Source of the DNA: Antedon mediterranea
Taxonomy: Eukaryota; Animalia; Echinodermata
Assembly: GCF_964355755.1 (NCBI RefSeq)
Contig: NC_092680.1
Span: 21,275,045-21,339,044, forward strand
Length of the DNA stretch: 64,000 bases
Direction: 5' to 3'
Both the position numbers and the translations under genes were made by a program. The notes beneath the pieces were generated by a model. That model ran no database searches. It was not told where the DNA came from and saw only the letters and a list, made by a program, of their open reading frames with translations. Positions 9,819 to 24,574 of the stretch are shown here, piece after piece; the stretch's first letter is position 1; each line of letters begins with the position of its first letter.

Positions 9819-12120
9819 CTTGAAAACTAGGAGTATCTAGTACACGCTGAATTCTAAAGAAGAAATGTTAGATTTAATTACGTGAGACAAACTGAATTGA
9901 CTATAAAAACTATACTTTTTCTTCATGCTATATAATAGTAAATTTGGCAGAATACTAAAAAATGTGCTTTTTTGCCAAAACCATACTCTATTACATGTTC
10001 ATACATAACAAATTACATAACATATCTAGCCAAAAAAGGAACCACGCAGCCCAAAATAATTTGTTACGTCACGTTAATGGTGGAGACAAAACATGAGATA
10101 ATAAACAGTATAAAACATGTACACAATAACAAATGCCATTTAATTGGATGAATGACTTCGTCACTTTTTATAATCTTTAAATACAGGGACGTAATGTTGA
10201 ATCGTAACAACCAGGACCAGCCAATGTTAGTTCTATCAATGCTAATATTTACGAACCTTAAATAACAAATAAAACCACTGAATTACATAACTCTATTGAA
10301 ACATTATTACCGTCTTTGAAAATATATTAAACTTATCAAAGTGTAACATTATGGTTAGATCACAGTATACCTATCTTTATTCCCATAAATTATTACAGGA
10401 AAAATTATTATACCAGATACTTACATTGTTTTGTTAACGAAATCCTAAAATTTAAGTACGTGATGTTGGATATTGTTTGCAATATGGACTAAGTACAAAG
10501 TGCATCATCTCGTGTAAACACAGAGATATGGATAACAAAATATGTAATTAATAAGACAAAATGAGGGAGTTTTTCATTGTTTGTTTGAGTGTCATCATAC
10601 AGGACACGAGTTAATGACACGTATTATATCTTGGTTCCAACTTAAACGCAAACACAACGATGTGAAAATACGACGCGCGCGTTGATCATTCGAACTGTCA
10701 CTTGTGATTTTGATTAATTGTAATTTTCTTCTATGGATGATGTAATTGTGAATGTTTCTGTCGAGGAAAACAATTTTTCCATGTACACATTTTATATATG
10801 GAACAAATAAATATTTGATTGGTCAACTCACTTCGCGTTGCGTCAACGTCATTGCTGCGTCAAATGAAAAAGAACTACTCACACAATAAAACCCCAATAA
10901 CTAGAAATTGTTGATATAAATAATTTTATTATAAAAAATATAAAACGTTTAGTTCGAATGTACCGTAACATAATCCACAATTAAACCCGTACATGCGTCT
11001 TTTATTTTTGCAGTACTGTACTTTAAAAAATCTAAACCGTTAAAATGCTTATGACATCATCAGATCAAAATCCCCACTATTATTTTTTTCAGTGGTTTTT
11101 TCTTTGGATACATATTATTCCACTACGTTGGCAAGACTTATAATTTCATTATAATCGGAGAGTGAAAAAATACAATTTATTAAGTATACATTACAAAACT
11201 ATGGACTATTAAAGTTGCAGGCGCAAAAATATGAAACAGTTTACCAATTAATATTAAATCGGCACCAACAATTACGTCTTTTAAGGCTAGATACAAATCT
11301 CATTTCTTTTCATAAACACTGTATCATATTTAATCAAGTTTCTCTTTTGTATATTTTTGATTAAGACAGGACCACAATGTAAAACAGATACACTGTTATC
11401 TGATTGTTTTATCCTGTATAAATATATTATTTATTATTATTATTATATGCATTAATTATATTTTAATTATGCTTTACAAAACAGGTATATATTCTTAAAC
11501 TAGTGTATTAGAATACACTTTATATCAAAAGCACATTTTAAATGACTTTAAATAGTCACAATATACAGTACACTGCGATGATATATGAAATGTTTTAAAT
11601 AGTCAAATAATTACCCTGTCGAAAGTTAACTACAGTATAAAAATAACATGTGGCGTGGAAATGTACCTGTAAAATATTTTAAATGAGGTAGCAAATAAAG
11701 TTACTGTAATATTTTTAATGCACTTTAAAAGTGTAAAACTTGATGGTCAACATCAAATGATGATATAAAAATAGCATAGCATGTTTATTTAAAAGGAGAA
11801 GTTTTGGGAAATTGTAATATCTACATGTTATTTTTTTTAATTTGTTAAGTTATGAAAAAATACTGTCACTTTAAATTTATAATCATAAAGTATTTCTAAA
11901 AACCTGGTTATCACATGTTTATCATTCAAAATGTAACATACAATGAGGAATAAAACTGAAAGAAATAAATAAATAATTGTCAAGTTTTAGAAAGTCAAGG
12001 CGATTAAAGATTACTTATTAGAACTATATAAATATTACATTTGTCTTGTTACATCATCATGCATAAATGTACAATGTATCTTGATGAATGTAGGCCTATT
12101 TAATTTATAACTGTTTAAAC

Positions 12121-12263
12121 ATGATAGGAATGTACCCTGCTAACACCCACCCCATTCCGTACTTATATGATAGGAATGTACCCTGCTAACACCCACCCCA
12201 TTCAGTACTTATATGATAGGAATGTACCCTGCTAACACCCACCCCATTCCGTACTTATATGAT
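12121..12263. repeat. 46-bp tandem repeat, 3 copies
   Basis: Unit ATGATAGGAATGTACCCTGCTAACACCCACCCCATTCCGTACTTAT. Confidence 0.95.
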
Positions 12264-12502
12264 TCTTATAACTAAACATAGTATATTGCTACTTTTGAAA
12301 TTACTAATCTTTTTAAATTATTGCCTTTTTTATTATGGAGTTTCAATTGTATATACCTTTATATATTTCTATATTCTATCATCCTTTTTTTGTTTGACTT
12401 ATTGTATTGCTGAGGGCCCCCATAAGCTCTGGCTATAGACCTGCGTCTTGAAATATGGGAAAAAATAAATTGAAAACATTCATTATTAAATTTATAAAAA
12501 TG

Positions 12503-13611
12503 TCAAAAAATGTTGTTTACATAGCCTCCTGGAAAACCACGTACATTTCCAGTATAATGTTTATAAGGAAGGTTTGACCTTTCAATGACCTCTTGGACTT
12601 GCATGTCCGTGCCGGTTACTAAATCTATATCTGTTGTTTGCACATATCTTAATGTATCTAAAAAGAAATTAATAAACAAAATCACATCATTGATAAATAA
12701 CAAATTTGAAAGATAGGTGATTTTTTTATACATATGTTATGTTTATTACTGGCATTAAGATAGGTGTGGTATTTTATTTGTTTTGTGAGTTGTATGGCAG
12801 GGCCTCATGGAGAACAGCTCTGTCTACACTATCAAACTAGTTTGACAACAAAATGTGATGTACCCAAATATGGTAGTGTAATCCCAAAACATGGCCATAT
12901 ATGGGTACTTCGCAATTTTTTTTCTAACATAAAGTTTGATAGTGTAGACAGAGCTTAAGTAAGAAAAAACAAATACTAAGTTGAGCTACGATTTATGTGT
13001 GTTGATAAACACATTATAACTTGAAGTGAGTAATTGTTTAAATATTTCTACCTACTCTGTTCCCTTATTTCTGTCTGCATCTCATCTACACAATAGCTTG
13101 TTGGATCATCCATTGAACCTCGTTTATAAAAAATGATAACAGCTCCAACAATCAATAACAACCCCAGCACTGAATATAAAATACAACAACAACCAGTTCT
13201 CAATTACATATTTGTTTAATATTTGACTTAATAATAAGTAATTGTATCGGTCATCTGACTAATTTTTGGGAGAATCAGTTAAGAATGTTTCTTTTTTTGT
13301 ATTTATTGTATGTAAATCAAAATGTAAACCAACCAACCAAATTTTATTTGGACCTTGAAAATGACAATAAAATAATATTGTATCGTAATCTGTAAACAAC
13401 CGTTATGATTAGTTAGATTCAATGAAAACTTACCTAAACCCAAAACACCTTCCCATCTGAGCACAGAAAAATTTGATTGCAAGGAGTTGATAAAGCTAAG
13501 TACAAGAAGAACAACACCAGAGACAAGTACTAAGCTACCACTTATCAGCAGAAACACAGCACACCGGTGTAAAGACTGCGGGGTTTTAAGTATACTGACC
13601 ATTTTGTACAT
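12503..13611 (-). CDS. Uncharacterised small protein with two predicted TM helices (~148 aa); 3 coding exons
   Basis: Exons 13611-13434 (donor GTAAGT), 13169-13056 (donor GTAGGT), 12657-12503 splice in frame: MYKMVSILK...AVFLLISGSLVLVSGVVLLVLSFI...GVLGLVLGLLLIVGAVIIFYKRG...GFPGGYVNNIF*. No family recognised. An alternative donor at 13052 would give a shorter tail in another frame. Confidence 0.7.
12816..12955. mobile_element. MITE family B (23-bp TIR AGCTCTGTCTACACTATCAAACT)
   Basis: Perfect TIRs at both ends; further copies at 59820-59981 and ~60265-60523. Confidence 0.85.
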
Positions 13612-15705
13612 ACACTCAACTTGTCTTCGTCATACTAACCAATCAAATAATAGCTCTGAAAGAAGGAAATGTTGTGATGGATTCAATAACACTACTTCCT
13701 TACTGTAACTACGTATTCTAGCCGCACCTTCTAGCCTACAATACAAATTACAACTTATATTGGATGTGGGTATTAAATGACTAACTAATACCATAGTCTA
13801 TAGACAACAAAAATAAATACATGTTACAACCAATAATGAATATATTAATATAGTGAATGACAAAAAATATGAGTGGAAAAGGGAGGCCACACACAGCAAG
13901 CAAGCTTTAAATTGTGTTCCTGTCAAAATTAACATCATGGGCGAAACGACTTCTTTTATATACGACTGCACTGTGACATAACTTTTTTTACAAGACACGT
14001 CTCTACTAAAGCTAAACTAGGACTAGCCCTGGGCTTAGCTTTGAACCGTGACATTGCTACAACGTGACAAGACGCACTAGGTCTAGGCTAGGTTAGATAA
14101 GTATTAATACAACGTACGGATTGATCATAAACATGTACAAACCATTTAAAATTGTTCAAACTGCTGAAAAAAGAAGGTTATTTTTTAACGAATTCAATTT
14201 TATTTTTCATGGTTGAGTGCTCCCGAATCCATCCCACAACGCGTATCTTATGTCAAATTTTCCGTTTTAAACGCGTATGTCACAATATTCCAACAAGATT
14301 ACATGTAATTCTATCGTACTCTTTTAGAGATAAACGAGTTTTAGGTAATTCAGACGAGAGGCTTATGGGGAGAGAAAATCCATCATCTTTATAATTTGCG
14401 CCCTCTATTTAATTGACGACATTTTCCACCCACAATCGATAAAAACAGTGTATGTAGGCCTAAGTATGATATTATTCTTGTATTTATGTATTATATTACA
14501 ATTTCTTCATTATTCGTTTTGTGCGTTTTAGAAATTTCTATATTCTAATTTCTTTACTGTACAGTAACAGTGTGTATAAGCCAATATATTGGCTTGAAAT
14601 TGGTTCATGAACATATCATTTCCGGATATGTTTTACACAGCTAGGCTAACGATTGACATGCTGATGTTTGTTATGAAAGGTCACACAGTGGGCGTACCGT
14701 GATTTGAAAATGGCCAGTCTGTTACGTGGGCCTAGGTGTTTTTACCTTTTTCAAATTTCCAGTTGATACTAAACTAATTAACCAAATGCAGTATACCCAC
14801 TAACAGGCTAGGCCTAGCTAGGCCAATGTTGTAGATTCATCAAATTTAAACTAATTTAATTAATGAACACAAACAAAAACTGATCAGATATAGGCCCTAA
14901 CTAATACATATATAATAACGTCACATGATGATTAAATATATGATGATTCATCATCATTTTAACATAGTAAGCCTACAGTTTTTACAAGGTAGCCTTATTT
15001 TTCTTAAATTATATCCACTAAACTAATAAACTTCTAAATGAATATGTGTGATGATATTTATAATTTGATGATTCATTTTTTTTGTCTTATGTAGGATTGA
15101 CCCACTTTTATTTCTTCATCAATAAAATGTTCGTTTACAATGCATTGCACTTGAGTAATGTAATGATACAATACAATATAACTGACATTAAATAACTGTC
15201 AGTACATCTGATATCTCACTCCTACCATTTTTTGCATTTTATATATAATAGTAAGGAAAGAAGAAAGAAACTAATATTTTCCTCTATGTTATACACTCTT
15301 ACACGTTTTTCAATCCTTAACAATGTACGTATAATTTAACAGAATTCTTTATTTTATAACTCTTTTTATCTCTTTCAGGCAATCAAAAAATAGTTATATT
15401 TTACTTTACCTAAATATCAATTTTATAAACGTTAATTTTATACCTTGCTAAATTGTTACGGTCCATATCTGACCACATTTTTTTTGCCTTTTCTTTATTT
15501 ATTAAAAACTCACAATTGATTATACCTTCTAACTCAGCAGTAAACATTAACCATGGAGATTTTTTAACAAGTCCAAGTCTATGTCTGACTTGATGATTCA
15601 TTGATTATGTTTGATCTACTTTAAAAAATCTTAGATACAGTAATTATCTTTAGCATTTGAGGGTCAATATATATTTACATACTGGATTCAACAAAGTATT
15701 CCAAA

Positions 15706-18700
15706 ATGGCATCTTATGGCAAGGGGGACTTTGGATCAGAGGCCTATGACGCTTCCTACAGTAACTCTGGTATGTGTTGTATTTCATATCGATTTTTATA
15801 AAACTTGTGATTTTGAATTGTCACATGTCATGTAATGAGTATATTACGCCCTAGCTGATTTGAATATCTGATTTATGTAGTATTCTGCCTCACAGTTTAT
15901 TCAATATGACATACTGTTTTGGTTTTCATGTACAGTTTTTTTCTTTAATACAGTACAAAAAGTTATGTAGCTTTACTCATCCAGTATACAGTAAACTATT
16001 ACACACTATTTTTTATACAATTTTATTGAAAAATGCTTAACAATTGGAATTAGTTCATTATGATATCACTAAATCTTTACTAAAAAGTATGCTAATATTT
16101 TTAATTATCTTATAAATGACAGGAAGAAGTAATACATCTGATTTCAACAGACTATCACAGGTTATTGGTAGTAATATTCAGAAAATTAATACAAATGGTA
16201 AGTTTTTATATCATAAAGGATTCAAATTGTTCTCTGTCTGATGGGTTAGTCACTAAGGTACCAAGCTTGATTAGCTTCAGCTATATCTTGGCTACCTTTT
16301 GTATTAAATTGTTTTTGTTTGATACAATAAAGAAGAAGAAGAATGTAATGGTTGAAAACCAAGAATTTTGTAGTAACTTACTCCTGGTAAATATGTCTAA
16401 ACAGAGTAACTGCTCTTAAATGGTCTTTCGCACTTGTTCTGGTTGGTGCCGACAAATCAAATTGAGCGTTGATGTTTTTTCTTAACGACACTCCATGCGG
16501 CTATGCGCCAATCGATAAGCACGTAGCCATGTTAAAACAAAACATTGACATTTGATTTGCCGGAGCAGAACCGTGCCGAACTGGTGTGAAAGACCCTTTA
16601 CTCTGTCATATTGTTTTAGTCCAGCCTACCTAGTGAACCTGTAATTTCTATTCTATGAATTAAAAAACATTTGTACCATTATGTTACAGTTGGTGAAGTA
16701 CAGCGAATGGTTGAAAAACTGGGAACACACGATGATAATCACAACTTACGAACAAAACTGTAAGAAATCACATTTAATATTATACATACTTAATTCATTA
16801 AGTTTACCTCTGTATTCCCACACTCTTTCTCTTTTGATTTAAGGCAGAAACAAACAAGGGGAACATGTGCCAATTGCATCTATATTCTTGAGGCACCAAT
16901 AAACTGAATAAAATGGATGTTTGTAAAGTTAAAAGCTGTGTAATTTCATACTGTATGTGTCTTTAATTTTGTAATTTAGGGATGAGGTTCAACATTTCAC
17001 CAACCAACTGGCAAAAGATACTAACAAATACTTGAAAGAAATGGCTTCACTGTCACTATCAGGACAAGATACGGTATGTCATCATTATTTATAATAATAA
17101 TAATTTTATTTAAAAACGGATGGAACACTTGAATCACCAGACTGGTGTTTTTCACAAGGCTGTTACTTACTATAAAGCTATTTACACAAGTTATCATTTA
17201 CAGTACATAAAACAAAAAGTACAAAAACTATAAACAAAAAAAAAGCAAAGAGAGATCTGATACAATTTTTTTGTTTAAATTTCATGAAAAACACGGAGGT
17301 TCAGGTATATCTTATATATATAGTGAAGTGAAACACTCACTCAACACACTGATGCCTATTTAACAGTGTTGGCCTGACATATACTTTTTCAGATAATTTT
17401 GTAATAGGGGTATGCTCTTTAAATCATTAATATACAGTATGAATGCAATTTATTGAATTTATTTATTCTGTCTTTATACTGAATGACACTTTTAGTGCTA
17501 AAGCATTGATTTCCAAAATGGTTCTTTCAGTACAGAACATTAACAATAATATAATAAAAATAATTCAATGACAACTAACAAAGTAATCACATTGCAATGC
17601 AAAGACATTATTACAATTGCTTTTGTAATGAAATTCTGATGTATTCTTAAACTGCTATACCTCTTCAGCATCTTATGACCTCTGACCTATACACCATGTT
17701 TTATTTTGCCTTTAGTACTACTTTAGCTAATTCTTTTTAAATCTTTACTATGCTAGAGGCAAGCAAGGATGCAGAAAGAGAGATTGACAAACGACTTCTC
17801 TACATCATTGAACCAATTCCAACGTGTACAGCGAGAAGCCGCCCAAAAACAGCGTGATTGCGTGAATAGAGTGAGGGCGAATTCTGGATTAGGAGGATCA
17901 TCAACGGTATGTAATAACCAACATGGTTCAGATTTGTTTAAACAGTGCTTATTTTCAGCATAGAGATTACGATTGGTTAAAACTAATTTATATTAAACAG
18001 TACGTCAATATTGCATCAATTCATAAAATAGGTGTTCAGAAATTAGATGCTTTACTGTCTATAATAATACAGGTCACAATATAGTTTTCATGGAAATTCC
18101 ACATTTCTTGTGATCCTAAAGGATAATAATTTGTTTTCCAGAATCCTTATGATGACTCCACACACAGTGATGATTTGCTCAATCTTGGGTAAGACATAAT
18201 TTACAATACAGTTATTTCTATCATAAAAGTGTATCCTTACCATAGTGGCTTTAATATCACAGTCAGTCTATTATTAAACATGTTAATGAATGTTTTGTAT
18301 TTGAAAATATTCCATTTGTTGGAATCCTGACTGTCCTTATGTTAAACTTGTCTCCACGCGTCATAGACAGAAGTTGAGTTGACAGATCGCAGTTCCTCAG
18401 ATGAGTTGAGTTACATAGCATAACAACAACAACAAAATAGAGGTCTAGTGGGATGCAGGAGTGATATTGTTATAAGCATCAACATGCAGTGTCTATAAGC
18501 GCTAACTGTATACAGTCAATAGCCACCATATGTGATCTAGTATCACGGTTACTAGGACCAGTACCTCATTGAATAGAACAATACAATATACTTGTTACTA
18601 AGTAGACTTCTAGTTAGTTGGTAGATCATGCAATGTCAATTTGTGTTGTTTTTCTACAGTGGTTCCTCAGGGACTAACACATCACAAGTGATGTTACAAG

Positions 18701-20687
18701 AAGATGATCTGGATGCCTTACAAGAAAGAGAAGCACAGCTTAAAAAGTTAGAGGTATGTGTACAATCACTTAAATAATAATAACTACATCAGTTAAACAC
18801 CCTCACCACCATCATCATTGCATTTTTAAGTTTCTCTCTCTTGTGGCAGCAGGTACAGTACATTTGCCCTTCAAATATTTTATAGTTAAAGTAGAATAAA
18901 GTTACTAAGATTGTCATTTTATTGTGTTTATTTACAGTCAGATATTTTGGATGTAAATCACATTTTTAAGGATCTTGCGCATATTGTCCATGAACAAGGG
19001 GAAATGGTCGGTAAGTAGTAAAAACTGTGTCTCCTTCACCTGCCATTCCAAAAGGTCTATCAATGACTGCTGTGACTACCTGGTATCCCAACTCACCTGC
19101 CATTCCAAAAGGTCTATCAATGACTGCTGTGACTACCTGGTATCCCAACTCACCTGCCATTCCAAAAGGTCTATCAATGACTGCTGTGACTACCTGGTAT
19201 CCCAACTCACCTGCCATTCCAAAAGGTCTATCAATGACTGCTGTGACTACCTGGTATCCCAACTCACCTGCCATTCCAAAAGGTCTATCAATGACTGCTG
19301 TGACTACCTGGTATCCCAACTCACCTGCCATTCCAAAAGGTCTATCAATGACTGCTGTGACTACCTGGTATCCCAACTCACCTGCCATTCCAAAAGGTCT
19401 ATCAATGACTGCTGTGACTACCTGGTATCCCAACTCTGTTTAAGCTATACACAGGCTAACCCATCCAGCCTGACAAAGTAATGCCAGTTGATATTCAGAT
19501 GTCCTCTTAAATTGCCAGTTGATATTCATAGATTTTTGAAATTTCAATACAATACATAATAAAGAACAAAAGAAGACTTCAAATAAGTCTTGGTAAGCAA
19601 TCGGTTAAATATTAATTTTTTGGTTCGTTTTGTAGATAGTATAGAAGCAAATGTAGAGTCATCAGAAATGCATGTTGAACAAGCTAATGTACAGCTACAC
19701 AAAGCCAGAGATTATCAGGTACTCTAGCACTATCTATTATTGTTATTCTCTGTTATATAAATGTTTATATCGACTTGAATTTGGCCAAGACGGTTTGGGG
19801 CCGACTTGACCTGCACCCAATATAAATATCAACAATATAGAGTATCACGGTGTGACATCACAACAATAAAGGGCGCTAGCCAACCAAAAAATGTGTTCAA
19901 CTCTACTATGTTGATAAACAGTAAAGATCTGTATTTCTATCAAATTGTGTATTTTTTTTTTTTTTTAAACTGTAGTTGGAAAATAAATTGATTATATATA
20001 TTATTAATAGAACAAATGTTTAGTGATCTTTTGAAATTTTAGTTTGTTTTTATTGAAAACTATTAAGTTTTAAAATGACTACTTCAATAAGCCTATTCCA
20101 AACCATTGGTGACCTTGGAGTCACTCAGGCAGGATGAACGCAGCGCCACCTACCGTTGTGACGTCAGCACCGTGATATTCTATAGTTGCCCCTAACTAAG
20201 AATTTAAATAGTCTGTTTAATATGCAGTTTCTAAATTGTTACCACATTTTAAAACTTAAGTTTGTGCAATATAGTGTGTATACTCTATATATGTTTTATA
20301 TTTTCTATTATTATCTGTTTTTTATCGTACTAATATTTACCAATCCAAGATAAATTTCTATTGTTATTTTATTATGATTATGGACAAACATTTCATTATT
20401 CATAAGACAACTTTGGCGGTTATGATATGTGTACACATTATTAACTTGTACACTATTCACGCAAGTATTGAACATTCAACAATAAAACAAAGAATTATCA
20501 GTGGTGGCAGTGACTTTAACTCATAAACCAAGAAATAAGTAGCTCTTTTATTTCCAGTTTTTTCACTAAATATATTTTGTTTTATTTACAGAAAAAATCA
20601 AGAAAGAAAATGTGCTGTATATTTGTTTTTTGTATTGTTCTGTTAGCTATCATTGCGCTTGTTCTGTATTTAACACTCAAACCATGA
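15706..20687 (+). CDS. STX7: Syntaxin-7/12 family Qa-SNARE (281 aa); 10 coding exons
   Basis: Exons 15706-15769, 16123-16197, 16690-16759, 16980-17073, 17757-17906, 18142-18188, 18660-18753, 18938-19010, 19636-19718, 20592-20687 (TGA), 846 nt in frame. Habc peptides IGSNIQKI, TNQLAKDT, QKERLTNDF; SNARE motif [34 protein letters not shown]; C-terminal KKSRKKMCCI + TM anchor. Confidence 0.95.
16418..16599. mobile_element. Degenerate MITE-like foldback element
   Basis: Imperfect inverted termini GGTCTTTCGCACTTGTTC / GAACTGGTGTGAAAGACC plus internal CAAATCAAA / TTTGATTTG. Confidence 0.55.
19036..19436. repeat. 57-bp minisatellite, 7 identical copies
   Basis: Unit TCACCTGCCATTCCAAAAGGTCTATCAATGACTGCTGTGACTACCTGGTATCCCAAC in a syntaxin intron. 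Confidence 0.97.
19836..20184. mobile_element. MITE-like element with ~40-bp imperfect TIRs
   Basis: TATAGAGTATCACGGTGTGACATCACAAC.. versus ..GTTGTGACGTCAGCACCGTGATATTCTATA. Confidence 0.65.
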
Positions 20688-23261
20688 TAGATCATCTGAT
20701 AGATCACATGACATATCACATGATATATGTAAGATACATATCAAAGCGCTAAGTGTACAAACAGATAAATATATTATTATTATTATTGGGTGGGGCTATA
20801 TGCACAGTGACTATATGTACAAATGACAAGAAATTATACTATACGCACAGCAACTAGGTGTGTGTCTACACATAATAGTATTTATATACGCCCGGTAGCA
20901 TGTTGTATCTTAAACTGAAAATGTTGTTCTATAGTATCAACCACCACCTTTACACAAACCTCATCTTTTTGCTACAGCTAACTATCATAACCATAACTGT
21001 AATCTTTATCATATGTATGTATAATATAATATACCATTACCTTCAATGCACAACCGCTGTGCGTACATCCATTCCCATTCTGGTTAAACTTTTTTTACTA
21101 GGCAGAATATATTATGTATATATATTGGGATTTTTTATTTTAGAATTTTAACCGTTTACACAAATTAGTAATAAATACTTCAGTATATTACAAAACAATC
21201 ATCACACATGCTCATTTGATTTCACTAATGAAAAACAGTAATCGTAAAGTCTACATAAGCAACCCACAAATGTGAATCTCTGCATTAAATTAAGTCCCAG
21301 AAGGACCACTAATTAACTTGCTATCAAATAAGAAAGTTCTTACTCTAAATATTTCAATCTATTTAAAGCTGCGTTCACACTGAGAAGACTACAGTACAGG
21401 CTAAATTAACTTTGCTTTCACACACATACGTTTTGTACAGAAACCAAAATGATTAGTGTGAATATTATCACTAATAAACGTTACACTAATTTTTCATGTG
21501 CTGTAGCTGAGGTCAGTTACATTTTTTTCATCCAACTTTTTAATCCAATTATTATGTGCCATTAAAATGGAATATTAAATTTTTGTATACAGTACTTCTT
21601 TAAGAAAGTATAGTAAACAATTATTAGTTTCAACTACCGTAAAACAAGACAGGTTTGATAAATGCTTTACCAGTAATTTAGTCCTTTCAGACAGACTCTA
21701 AAAATGAAACTGTACATTGGCATGATACTCACATGGCTCATCAATAATGTTATTAAATTACAGATTACAGTATATAATGTAATATTTCAAATGTAACAAT
21801 GTTTTAGAATAATGTGAATTTACCCTGTAGTAATACTTTAAATAAACTTTAAAAACAATATTACCAAAATAATGTGGAATGGTTCAAGAATATTAAATGA
21901 AATTAGCTACGGTATATTAAATAGAAGGCACTTGGCACAACATATAGGCCTACATTATAATTCAACACAATTCTTCAACATTTAGATTGAACACTTACAT
22001 TGTAGGTACAGGTTGAAAGTAAACACAGTAAGAAAATAATATATTGACAGTTTTGTAATTATTTGTACATATGTTTAATCAGCATTATAATGTTGTCTAA
22101 AATGTCTGTCCAGTACTCCGTATAATGTTCCTATATAACATTCAGTGGATATCGAACAATCCCACTGTATTAATAGGAAAACGACGGGATAAAACACACT
22201 GATTTTATTTCAACAAACTAATACTAAACTAAGTATTGTGACTATAATTAAAATGTTAACGTATTAAGAATTCAGCTTGGAAGGACATACACTCAAGTTT
22301 GACCAATGAAAAGCGACAGTTCCGAGTAATCGTGCGGCGCGTACGTCTTTGCGTTGCATCCTGAAGCGTGGTTACCACTAAGATGCAACGCAATGGACTT
22401 AGACCCATAACGCGCAAGAAGCGAGTTGACCAATGACATAAATAATCCATCGCTTGTGATTGATTGGTCAATTCACTTGCGCTTACGTCCTAATGGGAAC
22501 CAAATATTACAACCCATCCCTTTTCTAGATATAGAAAACATTCCTATTTCTGATATTCTATTATTTATAGTTTTCTGTATCACTGTGGTTATTCTTATCA
22601 ATTATTGTAAATAGGAGACTGATCTAAACCCAGTAGTTATACTGTTGAAATTGCATTATCGATTCTCTATGTAATTATACATTCATAGTAATACTATATA
22701 TAGATATAGGAGGTGAACAATTTAAGGAAATATACTGCTTTATACAAGGGATAAAATGTATTTACTATACTGTTTAAGACATTGTCACCAAATATGAGTT
22801 TAATGATTGTATAACGTGTGCGTTTGATTCAAATAATAAATTTAGGAGCGGCACAAGTTATGGCATTATGATAATACGATTGTCGGCGTAATCTTTTACA
22901 TTTTCCTTTTCTGTCACTTTTATTTTCGATGAAATGTCTGCGTTATCGATTATCGTGAACCGAATATCGCGCTTAGATGAGGTTTATAAAAGTGAATGTG
23001 TATAGATAATAAGAATGAATTATGTAATGGAATCGTATTACCATTTAGAAAATGTAACTTTCAGAGTTGAATAAATTGTGTTCCAGATTATTAGAAAGGG
23101 CCTTGTGGGAGGATTTGTAACCCAGTGTGTATAATTGGTCTTGAATATTTTATGTGTATAAAAAAATGTGAATAAAAATCGTGATTTTCATTACTCGAGC
23201 TACGTCATATTTTTATGAAGGAACAATACATGAAAACCAAATAACACTTTTACTTTGAATC

Positions 23262-23356
23262 ATGGTCAATAGGTGAAGAAGACCAACTTGTATGGTCAAT
23301 AGGTGAAGAAGACCAACTTGTATGGTCAATAGGTGAAGAAGACAAACTTGTATGGT
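23262..23356. repeat. 30-bp tandem repeat, 3 copies
   Basis: Unit ATGGTCAATAGGTGAAGAAGACCAACTTGT. Confidence 0.93.
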
Positions 23357-24574
23357 TTCTGATCGCCAATTGTTGGGTTTGTGAAAATTATTTAGCCCTC
23401 TGTGGTTTGTTTTCGGTGAATATTCGAAAAGTACCAGTCTTATTTTCTTTTTTATTTTAGTCCACCAACTTTTTCGTTTTTTTGTCTCGAAAACCTCAAA
23501 TACATATGAAACGTTAAAGGCCTATGTGCCAAAATATTTATCTTTTTTCTAATATTAACCTAGAACCTAGCGATAGCACATGAGAATACCGGGTGTAATA
23601 ATATAACGACCAGTATACGATATCAATATCATCATCTCCACTAAAACTAAATTAAAACAAAAACATAAGCTTTAATTTTTCAATTTTTCTTTTCGTTTTA
23701 TTATATAAAACATCAAATAACAAATATACATTTATATACTGCACCACATTATTCAAAGAAACCTCAACAAACAAAATGGTAGTATTATTATTGGTGGTAA
23801 ATATCAGAGAAAATGGAGACAAAATAAAAGCTATCCAACCTTTTATTGTTTTTGCGCGTAATTATATTGATAGGATCCAGTCCAATCAGTACAAAATAAA
23901 ATGACTTTACCAATATTAACATATTAATCAGCACAATGTTAACAGAACATTTTATTGGCTACATAATGACTCTTTAAGAGCTCACAATATAGGCCTATAA
24001 TGCATCGTGATGATGTACAGACCTTTATACATTATTTTAAATAGACACCCTTTTAAGCAAGTAATGTGTAAGGAAGATCATAGACAAACGAAGATAATGG
24101 AATAATTATTGAAAAAATTAAGAGCACGAGTAAAAGAATAAGTAATCTTCAAAATATAAAAATAAATCCAACATAGTTACAGATGTTCACACTTTAAATT
24201 TATAATTATGATTATTCGATAAAATGTATTTCTGTCCAAAATAATACTGATAATTATCATCCGCTTCTTCGACCACAGCAGATAGCCACCCGCGTTGATG
24301 TGTGCTATTTATGGTATCTGTACCATGTTAGCGTTTTGACGTTACCACGGATTCAAAACAGAAAACAATATTCTGCAAACACTGCATCTTCGATTAAATT
24401 CCGTTCTACGTAGAGAAACGCAGGTGGTTTTATTGCGCTTTTAAAGGAAGTCCGTTTGCTCGACTCTCAAACAACAGCATTTATCGTCAACGCGTGACGT
24501 GGCGTGACGCGGCTTCACGCAAGTGACGTCATATTGCATAATTATTGATATTCCTAAATCGTTCTCAAACTTCA

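Noticed and set aside
18966-19481. Three long repetitive ORFs of 138-168 aa
   Set aside because: A 57-bp identical tandem array inside a syntaxin intron; no synonymous variation between units
20141-20155. CTCF-like motif CAGCGCCACCTACCG in a syntaxin intron
   Set aside because: Lies within the inverted terminus of the MITE-like element 19836-20184, so it is not independent evidence of regulation
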